DNA from: Eukaryota sp. TZLM1-RC
Lineage: Eukaryota; Protista; Metamonada: BaSk clade
Direction of reading: 5' to 3'
Assembly: GCA_040285825.1 (NCBI GenBank)
Contig: JAUPSS010000001.1
Location: 3,596,001 to 3,660,000, forward strand
Length of the DNA stretch: 64,000 nucleotides
The notes under the pieces were generated by a model, which did no database searches, was not told the DNA's origin, and worked only from the letters and a program-made list of their open reading frames with translations. A program made the position numbers and the translations under genes. Below are positions 1-14,000 of this stretch, one piece after another (position 1 is the stretch's first letter; every line of letters starts with the position of its first letter).

Positions 1-1549
1 AAAGCATCAGAAACCATCTTCAACATCCCCTTAAAAACAGAAAACACAATTCTATTTTGCCAAAACAATCTGTTGAAATTTCTGCCAGTTCTTCTCTTTA
101 CAATCATTTCAAAATCATCCAAAAAACGTAAAGCAGTTGGTGCAAGTGAACCAAAAAGGGAAAATACAAATGGATACAAATTGTATTTTGCATGCTGTAG
201 ACTGGCCAATTTGGACAAAGGTTCATTGTATTTTTTGAATTTAAAATTTTCAGCATTTGAAAGGGGATTATGAATTTCAGAATTAACAAGCCTTTCATTT
301 GAGGCATTACAAGGATCAACAGACATTACATCCAATAAAATGAAGCTTCCATCTAATCCAGGTAATATGACATCACCTCTATTATTCTTATGAAAATCAT
401 TTTCAGCATCAAACAGATTTGACAACAAAGGTTCCAAGAAGGATTCAATTCTATGAGATTTACACATACAATATAACTGGTCTCTTACAGCATCATGAAC
501 CTTGCTTCTAAAAGTAATAAAATGTTTACAATTTAACAAATGAGTAGTTGTTATTTCTCGAGAACATTTACATATTAAATTATGAGGTAAATTATCAGGC
601 CAGATAAAGGAACGAAATCTCATATTCAGAGTCCAAGCAGAATCGGATAAGAGAGTACCATAAACTTGTGGAATTGTTGTTACTAAGGCAGAAGAAGTAC
701 TGTCACACATATCTTGTAAAAGATTTGCAAAAGCGGGATTCTTTTTCTTGGCCAAGCCAAGTCTAACATCAAAATCCAAGCTTTCAAAAATCTTTGACAA
801 TTTTTGTTGAAGCTTTTTACAGCAAAACTGTAAATTAAATAGAGATCGGTTTGGAATTTCTTGAATTGATTGAGGAAAACATTTGGTCCAAATTTGTGGC
901 GGTAATTTTTCAAGTTCACAAGATAACTCATACAAATAGGGACTGCAATTGGGAACTAACAGATGAGAATCATCAGGAAATCTACGAGAAAATTCATAAA
1001 TAAAATTTTTGCCACCACCCAAGAATGCTGATTGACACAAAATTGAAGATTTAGTAAAACCAATACCACCCAAATTTGCTGAAGAAAATAAATGGCTTTT
1101 CAACATTCCTGGTTCTACATCCAATAAATCAGCAAAAAATTCTGTTCTCAATGAATTAAAAGAACGACAAAAATCTAATGCTATGGAAGGAGCACAAGAT
1201 CTCAAAATGTGGGTTATTCTCCCAGTGTAGCAAATTTTAAGCATGAAAAATTTAATATGCTTTTCTATATCTAAAGAAGAAATTGAATCAAGTTCAATTT
1301 TCATTTTTTCCAAAATAACTTGCAATTCATTCTGAATTTGAGGCACATTTCCTAACCAACAACCAAGGAACTTAAAAGCATCACTACTATAATTAGTAAA
1401 AGGGACAATAGAATCGTTTATCACGAGGTCTTGAGCAGAAGAGCCAATCAGAAGGCATTTGCTGGCATTAAGATGAAGCCCAATATTTTCATATGAATCG
1501 GCAATTTCTTGAGCAACCAATTCTAGTAAATCAAATGAACCAATCAAGG
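1..1549 (-). mobile_element. RLE non-LTR retrotransposon family A, 5'-truncated copy (RT end, thumb, CxC-H-C zinc finger, RLE); runs off the window
   Basis: Reverse strand is near-identical to family A ORFs (SLIGSFDLL...KVHDAVRD...EP...RGD...KKY...WQNRIVF). It begins abruptly inside the RT and abuts the 3' region of another A copy at 1550. Confidence 0.9.
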
Positions 1550-1658
1550 AAATAGAAAACACAATTCTATTTTGCCAAAACAATCTGCTGAAATTTCTCC
1601 CAGTTCTTCTCTTTACAATCATTTCAAAATAATCCAAAAAACGTAAAGCAGTTGGTGC

Positions 1659-2399
1659 CAATCATTTAACTTGTAAATGTGGTAAACCTCTTTTGTTTAC
1701 TCATCTTTTGAACTGTAAACATTTCATTACGTTTAGAAGCAAAGTGCATAATAACGTCAGGGACCAAATTTATGTAATGTGCAAATCATATCGTGTAGAT
1801 TCCTTTTTAGAACCGCTGTTATCAAAATTAATTCTTGATGATCCCAATATTGATAGTACGCGTTACAACAGAGCTTCTATGGGTCTGACTAGAGGTGATC
1901 TAGTTGTTCCTGGTTTAAATGGTAGTTTTACTATTTTGGACGCCATGTCTATTGACCCTTGTAATTCCTCTAACGAACATTTCATTAACTCGGATGTAAA
2001 TAATCCTCTTCTTGCAGGCGAAAAATATAAAATTGCTAAATATGCGAAACCCATTTCCTCGGTTAATGAAAATTCTCATGCCCAATATAATTTATGTCCA
2101 TTTGTTTTTTCTTTGCTTGGATCTCTAGGTAAGGCTGCTATGGCTTTCCTTGAGGATTTTGTTGTAGTTGTAAAGGAAAGAACTGGAAGAATTTTCAATC
2201 GTGTTTACTGGCAAAACAGGATTGTATTTTCTATTTTTAAGGGAATGGTAACACTAATTTCTGATTCACTATCTTCTTTTGGGAAATTTTCTGAATCTTT
2301 AGCGATTAATTGTTTTGATGTAGGGGAGGCAGGTTTTGAGGATGTGGAGTTTTAATTGTGTATTTCATATTTGTTGTTGAATAAAAAGTTTTAGAAAAA
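1659..2399 (+). mobile_element. Family B RLE non-LTR 3' fragment inserted antisense into family A
   Basis: ORF 1693-2355 (KVHNNVRD, EP, RGD, EKYKIAKY, ends DVEF) has an A-rich tail. The 9-bp TSD AGTTGGTGC is at 1650-1658 and 2400-2408. Confidence 0.9.
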
Positions 2400-2806
2400 A
2401 GTTGGTGCAAGTGAACCAAAAAGGGAAAATACAAATGGATACAAATTGTATTTTGCATGCTGTAGACTGGCCAATTTGGACAAAGGTTCATTGTATTTTT
2501 TGAATTTAAAATTTTCAGCATTTGAAAGGGGATTATGAATTTCAGAATTAACAAGCCTTTCATTTGAGGCATTACAAGGATCAACAGACATTACATCCAA
2601 TAAAATGAAGCTTCCATCTAATCCAGGTAATATGACATCACCTCTATTATTCTTATGAAAATCATTTTCAGCATCAAACAGATTTGACAACAGAGGTTCC
2701 AAGAAGGATTCAATTCTATGAGATTTACACATACAATATAACTGGTCTCTTACAGCATCATGAACCTTGCTTCTGAAAGTAATAAAATGTTTACAATTTA
2801 ACAAAT

Positions 2807-4234
2807 TTTTTTTTCTCCCTCCCTTAGTCAACCCTTTCATATTTCACTTTCTGTCAAGGCGTCAAAGTCGTACTGTTTCTCTGTCAAAACGATGCCTTTG
2901 GCTGATAGTGACTCTGATACTGATTGGAACGCCCAAGCAAAGATTCTACCAGTCAGATCAAGCTCATCCACTCCACTTCCCCACTCTCCCCACAATACAA
3001 GCTATGCTCGAAATTCATCTCAAAAAAATTTTCATTCAAAAACTGATCATTGTACCAGAAAAAACACAGAAAAACCACCATTACGTTCCTTGCGTTCTAA
3101 AGGCTTGTTAATTCTGAAATTCATAATCCCCTTTCAAATGCTGAAAATTTTAAATTCAAAAAATACAATGAACCTTTGTCCAAATTGGCCAGTCTACAGC
3201 ATTTGCCCAATGATTTGTTTTGTAAATGTGGAGCTGGTTTGACATTATCACATTTATTTAATTGTAATAGATATATTTCCTATCGTTCTACGTTGCATGA
3301 TGCAGTTAGAGATCAAATCCATGCAATGTGTAATTCCTATCATATTGAATCTTTTGTAGAACCTTTGTTGAGGTCTCTTGATATAAATGAAAGCGTAAGA
3401 GATTCAGAATATGGAAAACGACGTGCTGATGTTGTTGTGCCCTCGTTTGATGATGTCATGAATGTTGTTGATGTCGTAACAGTGGATGTATGCAAGAAAA
3501 ATGCCTTGAAAAATGCTCAATCCGAAGTATCCCCCCTTGATGACTCCGAATTGTACAAACGGAAAAAGTATGCAAATCCTTTAAAAGAATTGAAACATGT
3601 TCGCCATGTAGATTACCAAATTTGCCCATTTGCTATATCGTTGTATGGTCGTCTTGGAAAAACTGCTTTGAATTTTATTGATGATTTTGAAAATCTTGTG
3701 AAAAAAAGAATGAATAAGCGTTTTGATCGTCGCTTGTGGCTAAATCGTATTGTTTTTACTATTTTCAAATCAATTCCTAAAATGATTTCGAAAGCTTTAA
3801 TGACTGTCAGTGCACATTATGAAAACATTGCTGCTGTAAGGTTTGATGGTGTGGAAGCTTGTTTTGAAGATATTGACTTTTAGACTGTGGTTTTGAAAAT
3901 AAATTAAAAGAATGTCTACAGCATGCAAAATACAATTTGTATCCATTTGTATTTTCCCTTTTTGGTTCACTTGCACCAACTGCTTTACGTTTTTTGGATG
4001 ATTTTGAAATGATTGTAAAGAGAAGAACTGGCAGAAATTTCAACAGATTGTTTTGGCAAAATAGAATTGTGTTTTCTATTTTTAAGGGGATGTTGAAGAT
4101 GGTTTCTGATGCTTTGCTTTCTCTTGGATCTCACTATGAGAGAGTTGCATCTAGTGTTTTTGTTTTGGGAGAGATGGATTTTTTAGATGTTGATTTATAG
4201 GTTTAGAATAAAATTAAATTTTAAAAATAAAAAT
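2807..4234 (+). mobile_element. Internally deleted (bipartite) non-autonomous derivative of family A carrying a nested family C fragment
   Basis: A 5' end (2807-~3099) is joined directly to the A RLE/3' end (~3100-3202 and 3925-4234). Flanking TSD TTTAACAAAT is at 2797-2806 and 4235-4244. Confidence 0.85.
3203..3913 (+). mobile_element. Family C RLE non-LTR 3' fragment
   Basis: Encodes CKC..HLFNC, TLHDAVRD, RRADVVV, KRKKY and ends EDIDF. The 11-bp TSD GTCTACAGCAT is at 3192-3202 and 3914-3924. Confidence 0.9.
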
Positions 4235-4387
4235 TTTAACAAATGAGTAGTTGTAATTTCTCGAGAACATTTACAAATTAAATTATGAGGTAAATTATCA
4301 GGCCAGATAAAGGAACGAAATCTCATATTCAGAGTCCAAGCAGAATCGGATAAGAGAGTACCATAAACTTGTGGAATTGTTGTTACT

Positions 4388-6561
4388 TTTTTTTTGAAAA
4401 ATTTTAATTTATTATTAAACTACAGTCTAAAAGTCAATATCTTCAAAACAAGCTTCCACACTATCAAACCTCACAACAGCAATTTCTTCGTAATGTGCAC
4501 TGACAGACATCAAAGCTTTCGAAATCATTTTAGGAATTGATTTGAAAATAGTAAAAACAATACGATTTAGCCACAAGCGACGATCAAAACGCTTATTCAT
4601 TCTTCTTTTCACAAGATTTTCAAAATCATCAATAAAATTCATAGCAGTTTTTCCAAGACGACCATACAACGATATAGCAAATGGGCAAATTTGGTAATCT
4701 ACATGGCGAACATGTTTCAATTCTTTTAAAGGATTTGCATACTTTTTCCGTTTGTACAATTCGGAGTCATCAAGGGGGGATACTTCGGATTGAGCATTTT
4801 TCAAGGCATTTTTCTTGCAAACATCCACTGTTACGACATCAACAACATTCATGACATCATCAAACGAGGGCACAACAACATCAGCACGTCGTTTTCCATA
4901 TTCTGAATCTCTTACGCTTTCATTTATATCAAGAGACCTCAACAAAGGTTCTACAAAAGATTCAATATGATAGGAATTACACATTGCATGGATTTGATCT
5001 CTGACTGCATCATGCAACGTAGAACGATAGGAAATAAATCTATTACAATTAAATAAATGTGATAATGTCAAACCAGCTCCACATTTGCAAAACAAATCAT
5101 TGGGCAAATTACAAGGCCATAAATAACAACGCATTCTCATAGCAGTGGTCCATTGGTCGTCATTCAAAAATAGACCATAAATCTGGGGAATTTGATTTAT
5201 CAAAACTGCAGATGAACTGTCCTTCAAATCAATCAAAAAATTTGCAAAAACAGGATTTTCTTTCTTAGCCGTGCTAAGTCGAACAATAAAATCCTTGTTT
5301 TCAAAATTTTTCAAAAGATGTCGTTGGAGCTTTTTCAACGCAAATTTTAATGAATATAAACTTCTGTCTGGAATTTCTTGAATGGATATGGGGAAACATG
5401 ATTGCCATAAGTCGGGAGATAAACTGGATATTTCTTCTCTTAAGTTATCCAGGAATAGGCTATTTGTATTTTCAAGAAGATTTTCGGCAAAAGGATATCT
5501 TCTAGAGAATTCAAATACAAAATTTTTTCCACCACCAATAAATGCAGCTTTGGTCAAATATTTTGATGAATTGAATCCAATACCGCCAAGTTGAACATCA
5601 GAAAAAATATGATTTTTCAAAATTGATGGATCAACAGACATTAAATAAGCCAAAAATTGGGTACGTATTTTCTTAAATTGTCTACAAAAATTGTAAGTTA
5701 GGGATGGAGGTAATGATCTCAGTAAATGAGTAATTTTTCCAGCATAACAAATTTTCAAAAGAAAAAACTTAAGATGTTTTTCCAATTCAAGAGTCTTTAT
5801 GACTTCTAGCTCTTTTTTAATTGAATTTAAATAATTTTCAAGGCTATAAAGTGTTTTTTCGGCGGAACCTAAATAGCAACCAAGAAAGCAGAAACTAGTT
5901 GAAGTATAATCAATATATGGAACTTCAAGGGAATTAATTATTAACTTAACATTCTTCCTAGAAATACAAAAACATTTTTGAACATTCAACTCAAGACCTA
6001 TGGATTGGTATAATGTAGCAGCTTCATTAGCAACCCTATTAATTGTACTTTCTGGACCAATACAAGAAATGTCATCCATGTAAGCTACCACTTGAAGGTC
6101 AGAATTTTTCTTCTTTTAATTTTTTTCAAAATTGGGTGAATTGCAAGACAAAAAAAGAAAGGACCTAAAGGGTCTCCTTGTTTAACTCCTGATAAAGAAT
6201 CCAGATTAAAAGAATTAAAAATTAAATCAGATGAATAACCATAAAACCTATAAAAAAAGGTTTCGAGTTCAGGAAAATTTGATTTGATTTCTTTCCAAAT
6301 TGAATCTCTTTTCACTGAATTGAAAGCATTTTTGAAATCAAGATTAAAAATGCAACTATTTTCGTGACAATTGAAAAACAAATCAGATGTCAAAGCTGCA
6401 ACTGAAGCTCCATCTATGGTTTTGATTCCATATTGGAATGGAGAAAAGTATTCTTTAGCTTTTGTTGAAACTCGATTAAAAATTACTGAAGACATCAGGC
6501 GATAAATGGCTTCACCAATGGCAATTGGGCGAACTTTTCCATTAGGTTTAGTTAAAGCCAG
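4388..6561 (-). mobile_element. Family C RLE non-LTR retrotransposon, 5'-truncated (RT + RLE; one frameshift in a homopolymer tract near 6110)
   Basis: ORFs 6085-6687 (part) and 4427-6091 carry RPIAIGE, GVKQGDPLGP, AYMDD and RLE. A poly(A) tail is at ~4388-4395. The 10-bp TSD TGTTGTTACT is at 4378-4387 and 6562-6571. Confidence 0.92.
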
Positions 6562-9254
6562 TGTTGTTACTAAGGCAGAAGAAGTACTGTCACACATATC
6601 TTGTAAAAGATTTGCAAAAGCTGGATTCTTTTTCTTGGCCAAGCCAAGTCTAACATCAAAATCCAAGCTTTCAAAAATCTTTGACAATTTTTGTTGAAGC
6701 TTTTTACAGCAAAACTGTAAATTAAATAGAGATCGGTTTGGAATTTCTTGAATTGATTGAGGAAAACATTTGGTCCAAATTTGTGGCGGTAATTATTCAA
6801 GTTCACAAGATAACTCATACAAATAGGGACTACAATTGGGGACTAAAAGATGAGAATCATCAGGAAATCTACGAGATAATTCATAAATCAAATTTTTGCC
6901 ACCACCCAAGAATGCTGATTGACACAAAATTGAAGATTTAGTAAATCCAATACCCCCAAATTTGCTGAAGAAAATAAATGGCTTTTCAACATTCCTGGTT
7001 CTACATCCAATAAATCAGCAAAAAATTCTGTTCTCAATGAATTAAAAGAACGACAAAAATCTAATGCTATGGAAGGAGCACAAGATCTCAAAATGTGGGT
7101 TATTCACCCAGTGTAGCAAATTTCAAGCATGAAAAATTTAATATGCTTTTCTATATCTAAAGAAGAAATTGAATCAAGTTCAATTTTCATTTTTTCCAAA
7201 ATAACTTGCAATTCATTCTGAATTTGAGGCACGTTTCCTAACCAACAACCAAGGAACTTAAAAGCATCACTGCTATAATTAGTAAAAGGGACAATAGAAT
7301 CATTTATCACGAGATCTTGAGCAGAAGAGCCAATCAGAAGACATTTGCTGGCATTAAGATGAAGCCCAATATTTTCATATGAATCGGCAATTTCTTGAGC
7401 AACCAATTCTAGTAAATCAAATGAACCAATCAAGGATATATCATCCATATAAGCAACTATTTTTATAGAAGGGTATTTTTGCTTAATGATATTTAAAGTT
7501 TTGTGAATAGCTAAACAAAACAATAATGGGCCTAAAGGATCTCCCTGCTTCACTCCAGAAGATGATTTAAGACCAAATGAATTAAAAATTAAATCTGATT
7601 CTTTACCATAAAAATGGTAGAAAAAACTCGATAGCTCAGGAAAATCAGATTTAATAACTTCAAAAATTGCTTCTCGCTTTACAGAATTAAAAGCATTTTT
7701 AAAGTCGAGATTAAAAATAAAATTATTTTCCTCTGCATTAAAAAAGGTATCAGAGGCAATAGCAGCAACAGAAGCACCATCAATTGTTTTGATTCCAAAT
7801 TGATGAGGATTCAAAAATGTAGATGCTTTGTCTTTGACACGATCGAAGACAATTGACGCCAGCAAACGAGAAAGAGATTCACCAACAGCAATTGGGCGTA
7901 TTCCATCAGGTTTGATTCCGTTTCCAGGCTTTACTAAAGCAATCACACGTGCTGCGAGTAATTCAAATGGAGGATTAATTTTCAAAACAATTAATTGTTG
8001 AAAATAGTGGGCTAGATCATCAGCAATTTCGGGAGCACTGGAACACGCTATTTTTAACAGATCAAAAGAAATTCCAGCTGGGCCTGCTGCTTTCCCCTTT
8101 GGAAATTTTTGAATAGCTTTAAGAACTTCAATTGCAGTAATAGGATTTTCAATTCAAAAAGGACACACTTCAGGCTTGCTGCACTTAAAATTTTCTTGAG
8201 GATGCAACTTTTGAAGTTTTTCAAGGGTATCAGAGTTTGCATCAGCCAAAGAAGAGGAAAACAAAGACTGCTTTGCGGCACCATAACGACCACGTAAGCA
8301 CAATTTACGGCAAATTTTTGATTTTACAATTTTTCTATTTCCAAATTTTTTCTTAAAACAATTTTTGTTTTTTCTAGCAAAATATTTCCAGAAGGATGAA
8401 ATATTCCACTTATTATTTTTTAATTCAGAAGTAAAATTTCTCATTTCCATTGAGCAGGGGATTGTGCTGGCGGGACTTATTTCTACTGGGATCCATAATC
8501 GGGGGTCTTACGGTATCAACGGCTTTACAATTCGTACAAAACAGAAGTTTTCGACCATTTCGTGAATCTGCAACATTTTTTTTTGCAAAATGGACAACAA
8601 AAATTACTGTTTTCAGAAGGGGAAGAAGAGGGAACACTAGAAGCATTTAACTGTTGATCGTCAGAAACATTATTTTCAGCACCTTTCACAACGGCAACAG
8701 CTGGAACAGAACATTTGAGAATTTGTTGAGCAGATTTTAATTCAAATTCTCTTTTTTGTTTTTCAGGGAACGTTCTCGAATTATGACCACTGATACCACA
8801 AATCGAACAATTTTTAGAACCTTTTAATGGCAGTGGTTTCATTTTTTCAGTTATTTCTATTTTGTCAATTTGTGAGTGACAAGTAGAAATAGACTTTTGA
8901 CTTTTTCCAGTTTCAGCTGGAGAAAACAAATTTCGAGAAACGGAGTTGTTTATAGAACGCGCAACAGAACGTAAGGAACGTAATGGTGGTTTTTGTGTGT
9001 TTTTTCTGGTACAATGATCAGTATTTGAATGAAAAATTTTTCGAGATGAATTTCGAGCATAGCTTGCATTGTGGGGAGAGTGGTTAAGTGAAGGAGATGA
9101 GCTTGTTCTGACTGGTAGAATCTTTGCTTGGGCGTTCCAATCAGTATCAGAGTCACTATCAGCCAAAGGCATCGTTTTGACAGAGAAACAGTACGATTGA
9201 CGCCTTGACAGAAAATGAAATATGAAAGGGTTGACTAAGGGAGGGAGAAAAAAA

Positions 9255-10501
9255 CACGCTTTTCTTGATTCCAAATTGAAATGGACTGAAAAATTCCTTG
9301 ACTTTTTTCCCAATTCTATAGAAAACAAGAGACGCAAGAATTCTTGAAAACGATTCTCCAATTGCAATTGGACGGATTTTGGATTGACTTTTTTTGAGAG
9401 CAATTCAGCGAGCACTGGTCATCTCAAAAGGGACTTTAATTTTTAACGTAAGAAGATTGTTGAAAAAAAAAGAACAAGATCAGCAGCAATTTCAGGACAC
9501 TGTCCAACAGCTGATTTGATCATGTCAAGTTTCTACAAAGATGGCCCAGGAGCTTTTCCAGTAAGCATTTGCTGAATCAGTTTCAATACCTCTGAAGCAT
9601 TGACAGGATTTTCCAGCCAATAATCAACTGAATCTGGTTTAGTGCAATGAAAATTTTCTTCTGGATGAAGATGATTCAATTGGAACAATGTGCATTCATT
9701 ACATTCAGCTAAATCAGAAGAGAATAGACATTGTTTTGCAGATCCAAAACGTCCTTTTAAAGCTAATTTTCGCACTAATTTTTCTTTCGAAAAAACATTT
9801 TTTTTAAATTTGATTTTCTCGATAAAAGTTTTTTATCTTTTTTCAGAAGAAATTTCCAAATAGGCGTAACATCCCATAATCCTTTACGGAGATTTTCAGT
9901 AAAAGCACGAAGAACAACAGCAAAAGGTATCGAAGCCAACGGACTAAGCTGAGCAGGAACACGAATGGGACAACGTAGCTGATCAGCAGCAACACAAGAA
10001 TCACAAAAAAGTAAAGGTCGACCAGAATCATTGACAGCAACAAGCTTTCGACAAAAAACACATTTTTTTTCATCTTTTTGATCTTCTTTGTTAGAAGAGT
10101 TATCGGGAATCTCGCTTAAAAATTCATTTTCAGGATTGTGTGATAACGAAAAATTTAAATCAGTAGTTGCAGCACGAGCATTAAGTTTTTCCTTTTGAAT
10201 AAGCGGACAAGTTGCAATGTTATGTCCGGATTTTCGACATTTACTACATTTGCGGCGTGGTTTAGAAAAATTTTCATTTAAATTTTTTTCCAATGATTTT
10301 CCAGCATGGAGTGACAGGTGGGGAGAATGAGAACGATTGGTGGTTGAGGAGGTTGGTTTGTCAACATCACGTTCGGTACTTTTTGCAGTCCAGTCAGTAT
10401 CACTGAGAGTGTCTGACATAGAGACTGGAGGAATTCAATCGAACCGACAATAGAACGTCAAGTTGAGAAAAAGGAGGACGTTGAGAGTGAGTGAAAAAAA
10501 A
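9255..10501 (-). mobile_element. Family H RLE non-LTR 5' half (5' UTR, CCHC knuckle, start of RT)
   Basis: 5' end TTTTTTTTCACTCACTCTC. ORF 9775-10419 reads MSDTLSDTDW with CSKCRKSGHNIATC, then GKAPGPS and RPIAIGE...FQFGIK in shifted frames. Confidence 0.85.
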
Positions 10502-11052
10502 CGTTTCTCTTTTGCTTTAAAATCCAGAGCAGCCACCGGATTAAGTTTTCTTCTGTGAACCAAAGTATCATTTGCAACATTACATGAGACAAAGTCAACA
10601 ATAGCTTCAGAATTATCAATCCAATCACAGTACACATCACCTCTATCATCAGAACCAAAATTATTCAGAGAAAGTGTTTCCTTCAGCAGGGGCTCTTTGA
10701 TACACGATATCCTTGCAGTTTGTGCCATATTGAAAACAGTGTCTCTAACAGCATCATGTAATGAAGAACGATAAGCTATCAATTTAGAGCAATTCAGAGC
10801 ATGGCGCAAAGTGAGTTGAGGTGAATTCGAACAAATACATTTTTCTTTTGATAATAATTGGTTAATGGGGATGTTCAAATATAATCTCATTTTTGTTACA
10901 AATGCTTCATTAGTGGCACACAATCCAAATCTTCGTGGTACAATGGTTACAAAAAGTGAAGAATCTGACGACTTGTTTTCACAAACACCCTTTTCCAATA
11001 ACAATGAGTGAAGATCTTGATTTAAAACAGCCGAGCTGCATATATTATTATT
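10502..11052 (-). mobile_element. Family D internal fragment (zinc finger/RLE)
   Basis: Near-identical to 46905-47450 (SLHDAVRD, RGDVYCD). Confidence 0.85.
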
Positions 11053-14000
11053 TCAGCAAAACTGTAAAGTTTAACTGTAAAGTTGAGGAAAACATTTCAA
11101 CATTTTGGTCCAAATTTGTGGCGGCAATTTTTCAAGTTCACAAGATAACTCATACAAATAAGGACTGCACTTGGGAACTAACAGATGAGAATCATCAGGA
11201 AATCTACGAGAAAATTCATAAATCAAATTTTTGCCACCCAAGAATGCTGATGGACAAAAAATTGAAGATTTAGTGAATCCAATACCACCCAAATTTGCTG
11301 AAGAAAATAAGTGACTTTTCAACATTCCTGGTTCTACATCCAATAAATCAGCAAAAAATTCTGTTCTCAATGAGTTCAATGAACGACAAAAATCTAATGC
11401 TATGGAAGGAGCACAAGATCTCAAAATGTGGGTTATTCTCCCAGTGTAGCAAATTTTAAGCATGAAAAATTTAATATGTTTTTCTATATCTAAAGAAGAA
11501 ATTGAATCAAGTTCAATTTTCATTTTTTCCAAAATAACTTGCAATTCATTCTGAATTTGAGGCACATTTCCTAACCAACAACCAAGGAACTTAAAAGCAT
11601 CACTACTATAATTAGTAAAAGGGACAATAGAATCGTTTATCACGAGGTCTTGAGCAGAAGAGCCAATCAGAAGGCATTTGCTGGCATTAAGATGAAGCCC
11701 AATATTTTCATATGAATCGGCAATTTCTTGAGCAACCAATTCTAGTAAATCAAATGAACCAATCAAGGATATATCATCCATATAAGCAACTATTTTTATA
11801 GAAGGGTAAAACGATATAGAAGACGAAAGTAGGTCAAAGTTTTCATAGACCAATGTTGATGATTTTCCATAAATTGAATAGAAAAAGGCTCAACTTCAGG
11901 AAAATGCTTTCGCAGCAAAGGTAAAATGGAAGAACGAGATACAGAATTGAAAGCATTCTTAAAATCTAAATTGAAGATGTAATTAGAATCAGTAGAATTA
12001 AAAAACACATCCGACGAAAGAGCAGCAGAAGAAGCACCATCAATTGTCTTGATTTTTTTTAAATATAATTTTATTCCAAAACAATAAATCAACATCTAAA
12101 AAAATCATCTCTCCCAAAACAAAAACACTAGATGCAACTCTCTCATAGTGAGATCCAAGAGAAAGCAAAGCATCAGAAACCATCTTCAACATCCCCTTAA
12201 AAATAGAAAACACAATTCTATTTTGCCAAAACAATCTGTTGAAATTTCTGCCAGTTCTTCTCTTTTCAATCATTTCAAAATCATCCAAAAAACGTAAAGC
12301 AGTTGGTGCAAGTGAACCAAAAAGGGAAAATACAAATGGATACAAATTGTATTTTGCATGCTGTAGACTGGCCAATTTGGACAAAGGTTCATTGTATTTT
12401 TGAATTTAAAATTTTCAGCATTTGAAAGGGATTATGAATTTCAGAATTAACAAGCCTTTCATTTGAGGCATTACAAGGATCAACAGACATTACATCCAAT
12501 AAAATGAAGCTTCCATCTAATCCAGGTAATATGACATCACCTCTATTATTCTTATGAAAATCATTTTCAGCATCAAACAGATTTGACAACATAGGTTCCA
12601 AGAAGGATTCAATTCTATGAGATTTACACATACAATATAACTGGTCTCTTACAGCATCATGAACCTTGCTTCTAAAAGTAATAAAATGTTTACAATTTAA
12701 CAAATGAGTAGTTGTAATTTCTCGGGAACATTTACAAATTAAATTATGAGGTAAATTATCAGGCCAGATAAAGGAACGAAATCTCATATTCAGAGTCCAA
12801 GCAGAATCGGATAAGAGAGTACCATAAACTTGTGGAATTGTTGTTACTAAGGCAGAAGAAGTACTGTCACATATATCTTGTAAAAAGATTTGCAAAAGCG
12901 GGATTCTTTTTCTTGGCCAAGCCAAGTCTAACATCAAAATCCAAGCTTTCAAAAATCTTTGACAATTTTTGTTGAAGCTTTTTACAGCAAAACTGTAAAT
13001 TAAATAGAGATCGGTTTGGAATTTCTTGAATTGATTGAGGAAAACTTTTGGTCCAAATTTGTGGCGGTAATTTTTCAAGTTCACAAGATAACTCATACAA
13101 ATAGGGACTACAATTGGGGACTAACAGATGAGAATCATCAGGAAATCTACGAGAAAATTCATAAATAAAATTTTGCCACCACCCAAGAATGCTGATTGAC
13201 ACAAAATTGAAGATTTAGTAAAACCAATACCACCCAAATTTGCTGAAGAAAATAAATGGCTTTTCAACATTCCTGGTTCTACATCCAATAAATCAGCAAA
13301 AAATTCTGTTCTCAATGAATTAAAAGAACGACAAAAATCTAATGCTATGGAAGGAGCACAAGATCTCAAAATGTGGGTTATTCTCCCAGTGTAGCAAATT
13401 TTAAGCATGAAAAATTTAATATGCTTTTCTATATCTAAAGATTTTTTTTAATTTTAATTTATTTTCAAAACCACAGTCTAAAAGTCAATATCTTCAAAAC
13501 AAGCTTCCACACCATCAAACCTTACAGCAGCAATGTTTTCATAATGTGCACTGACAGACATTAAAGCTTTCGAAATCATTTTAGGAATTGATTTGAAAAT
13601 AGTAAAAACAATACGATTTAGCCACAAGCGACGATCAAAACGCTTATTCATTCTTTTTTTCACAAGATTTTCAAAATCATCAATAAAATTCAAAGCAGTT
13701 TTTCCAAGACGACCATACAACGATATAGCAAATGGGCAAATTTGGTAATCTACATGGCGAACATGTTTCAATTCTTTTAAAGGATTTGCATACTTTTTCC
13801 GTTTGTACAATTCGGAGTCATCAAGGGGGGATACTTCGGATTGAGCATTTTTCAAGGCATTTTTCTTGCAAACATTTTTTTTTAATTTAATTTTAATTTA
13901 TTTTCAAAACCACAGTCTAAAAGTCAATATCTTCAAAACAAGCTTCCACACCATCAAACCTTACAGCAGCAATGTTTTCATAATGTGCACTGACAGACAT

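Larger units (their letters stand above)
1550..9254 (-). mobile_element. Family A RLE non-LTR retrotransposon, originally full length, now split by three nested insertions (host segments 9254-6562, 4387-4235, 2806-2400, 1658-1550)
   Basis: 5' end TTTTTTTCTCCCTCCCTTAG at 9254. ORF pieces encode MPLADSDSDTDW, a CCHC knuckle (CSICGISGHNSRT), RT motifs (RPIAVGE, DFKNAFNS, GVKQGDPLGP, AYMDD) and RLE. The host sequence rejoins across each TSD. Several frameshifts are present. Confidence 0.9.

Noticed and set aside
6085-6687. ORF with thumb region preceding RT motifs (permuted RT)
   Set aside because: Chance in-frame junction of the family C insertion into A, explained by the TSD.
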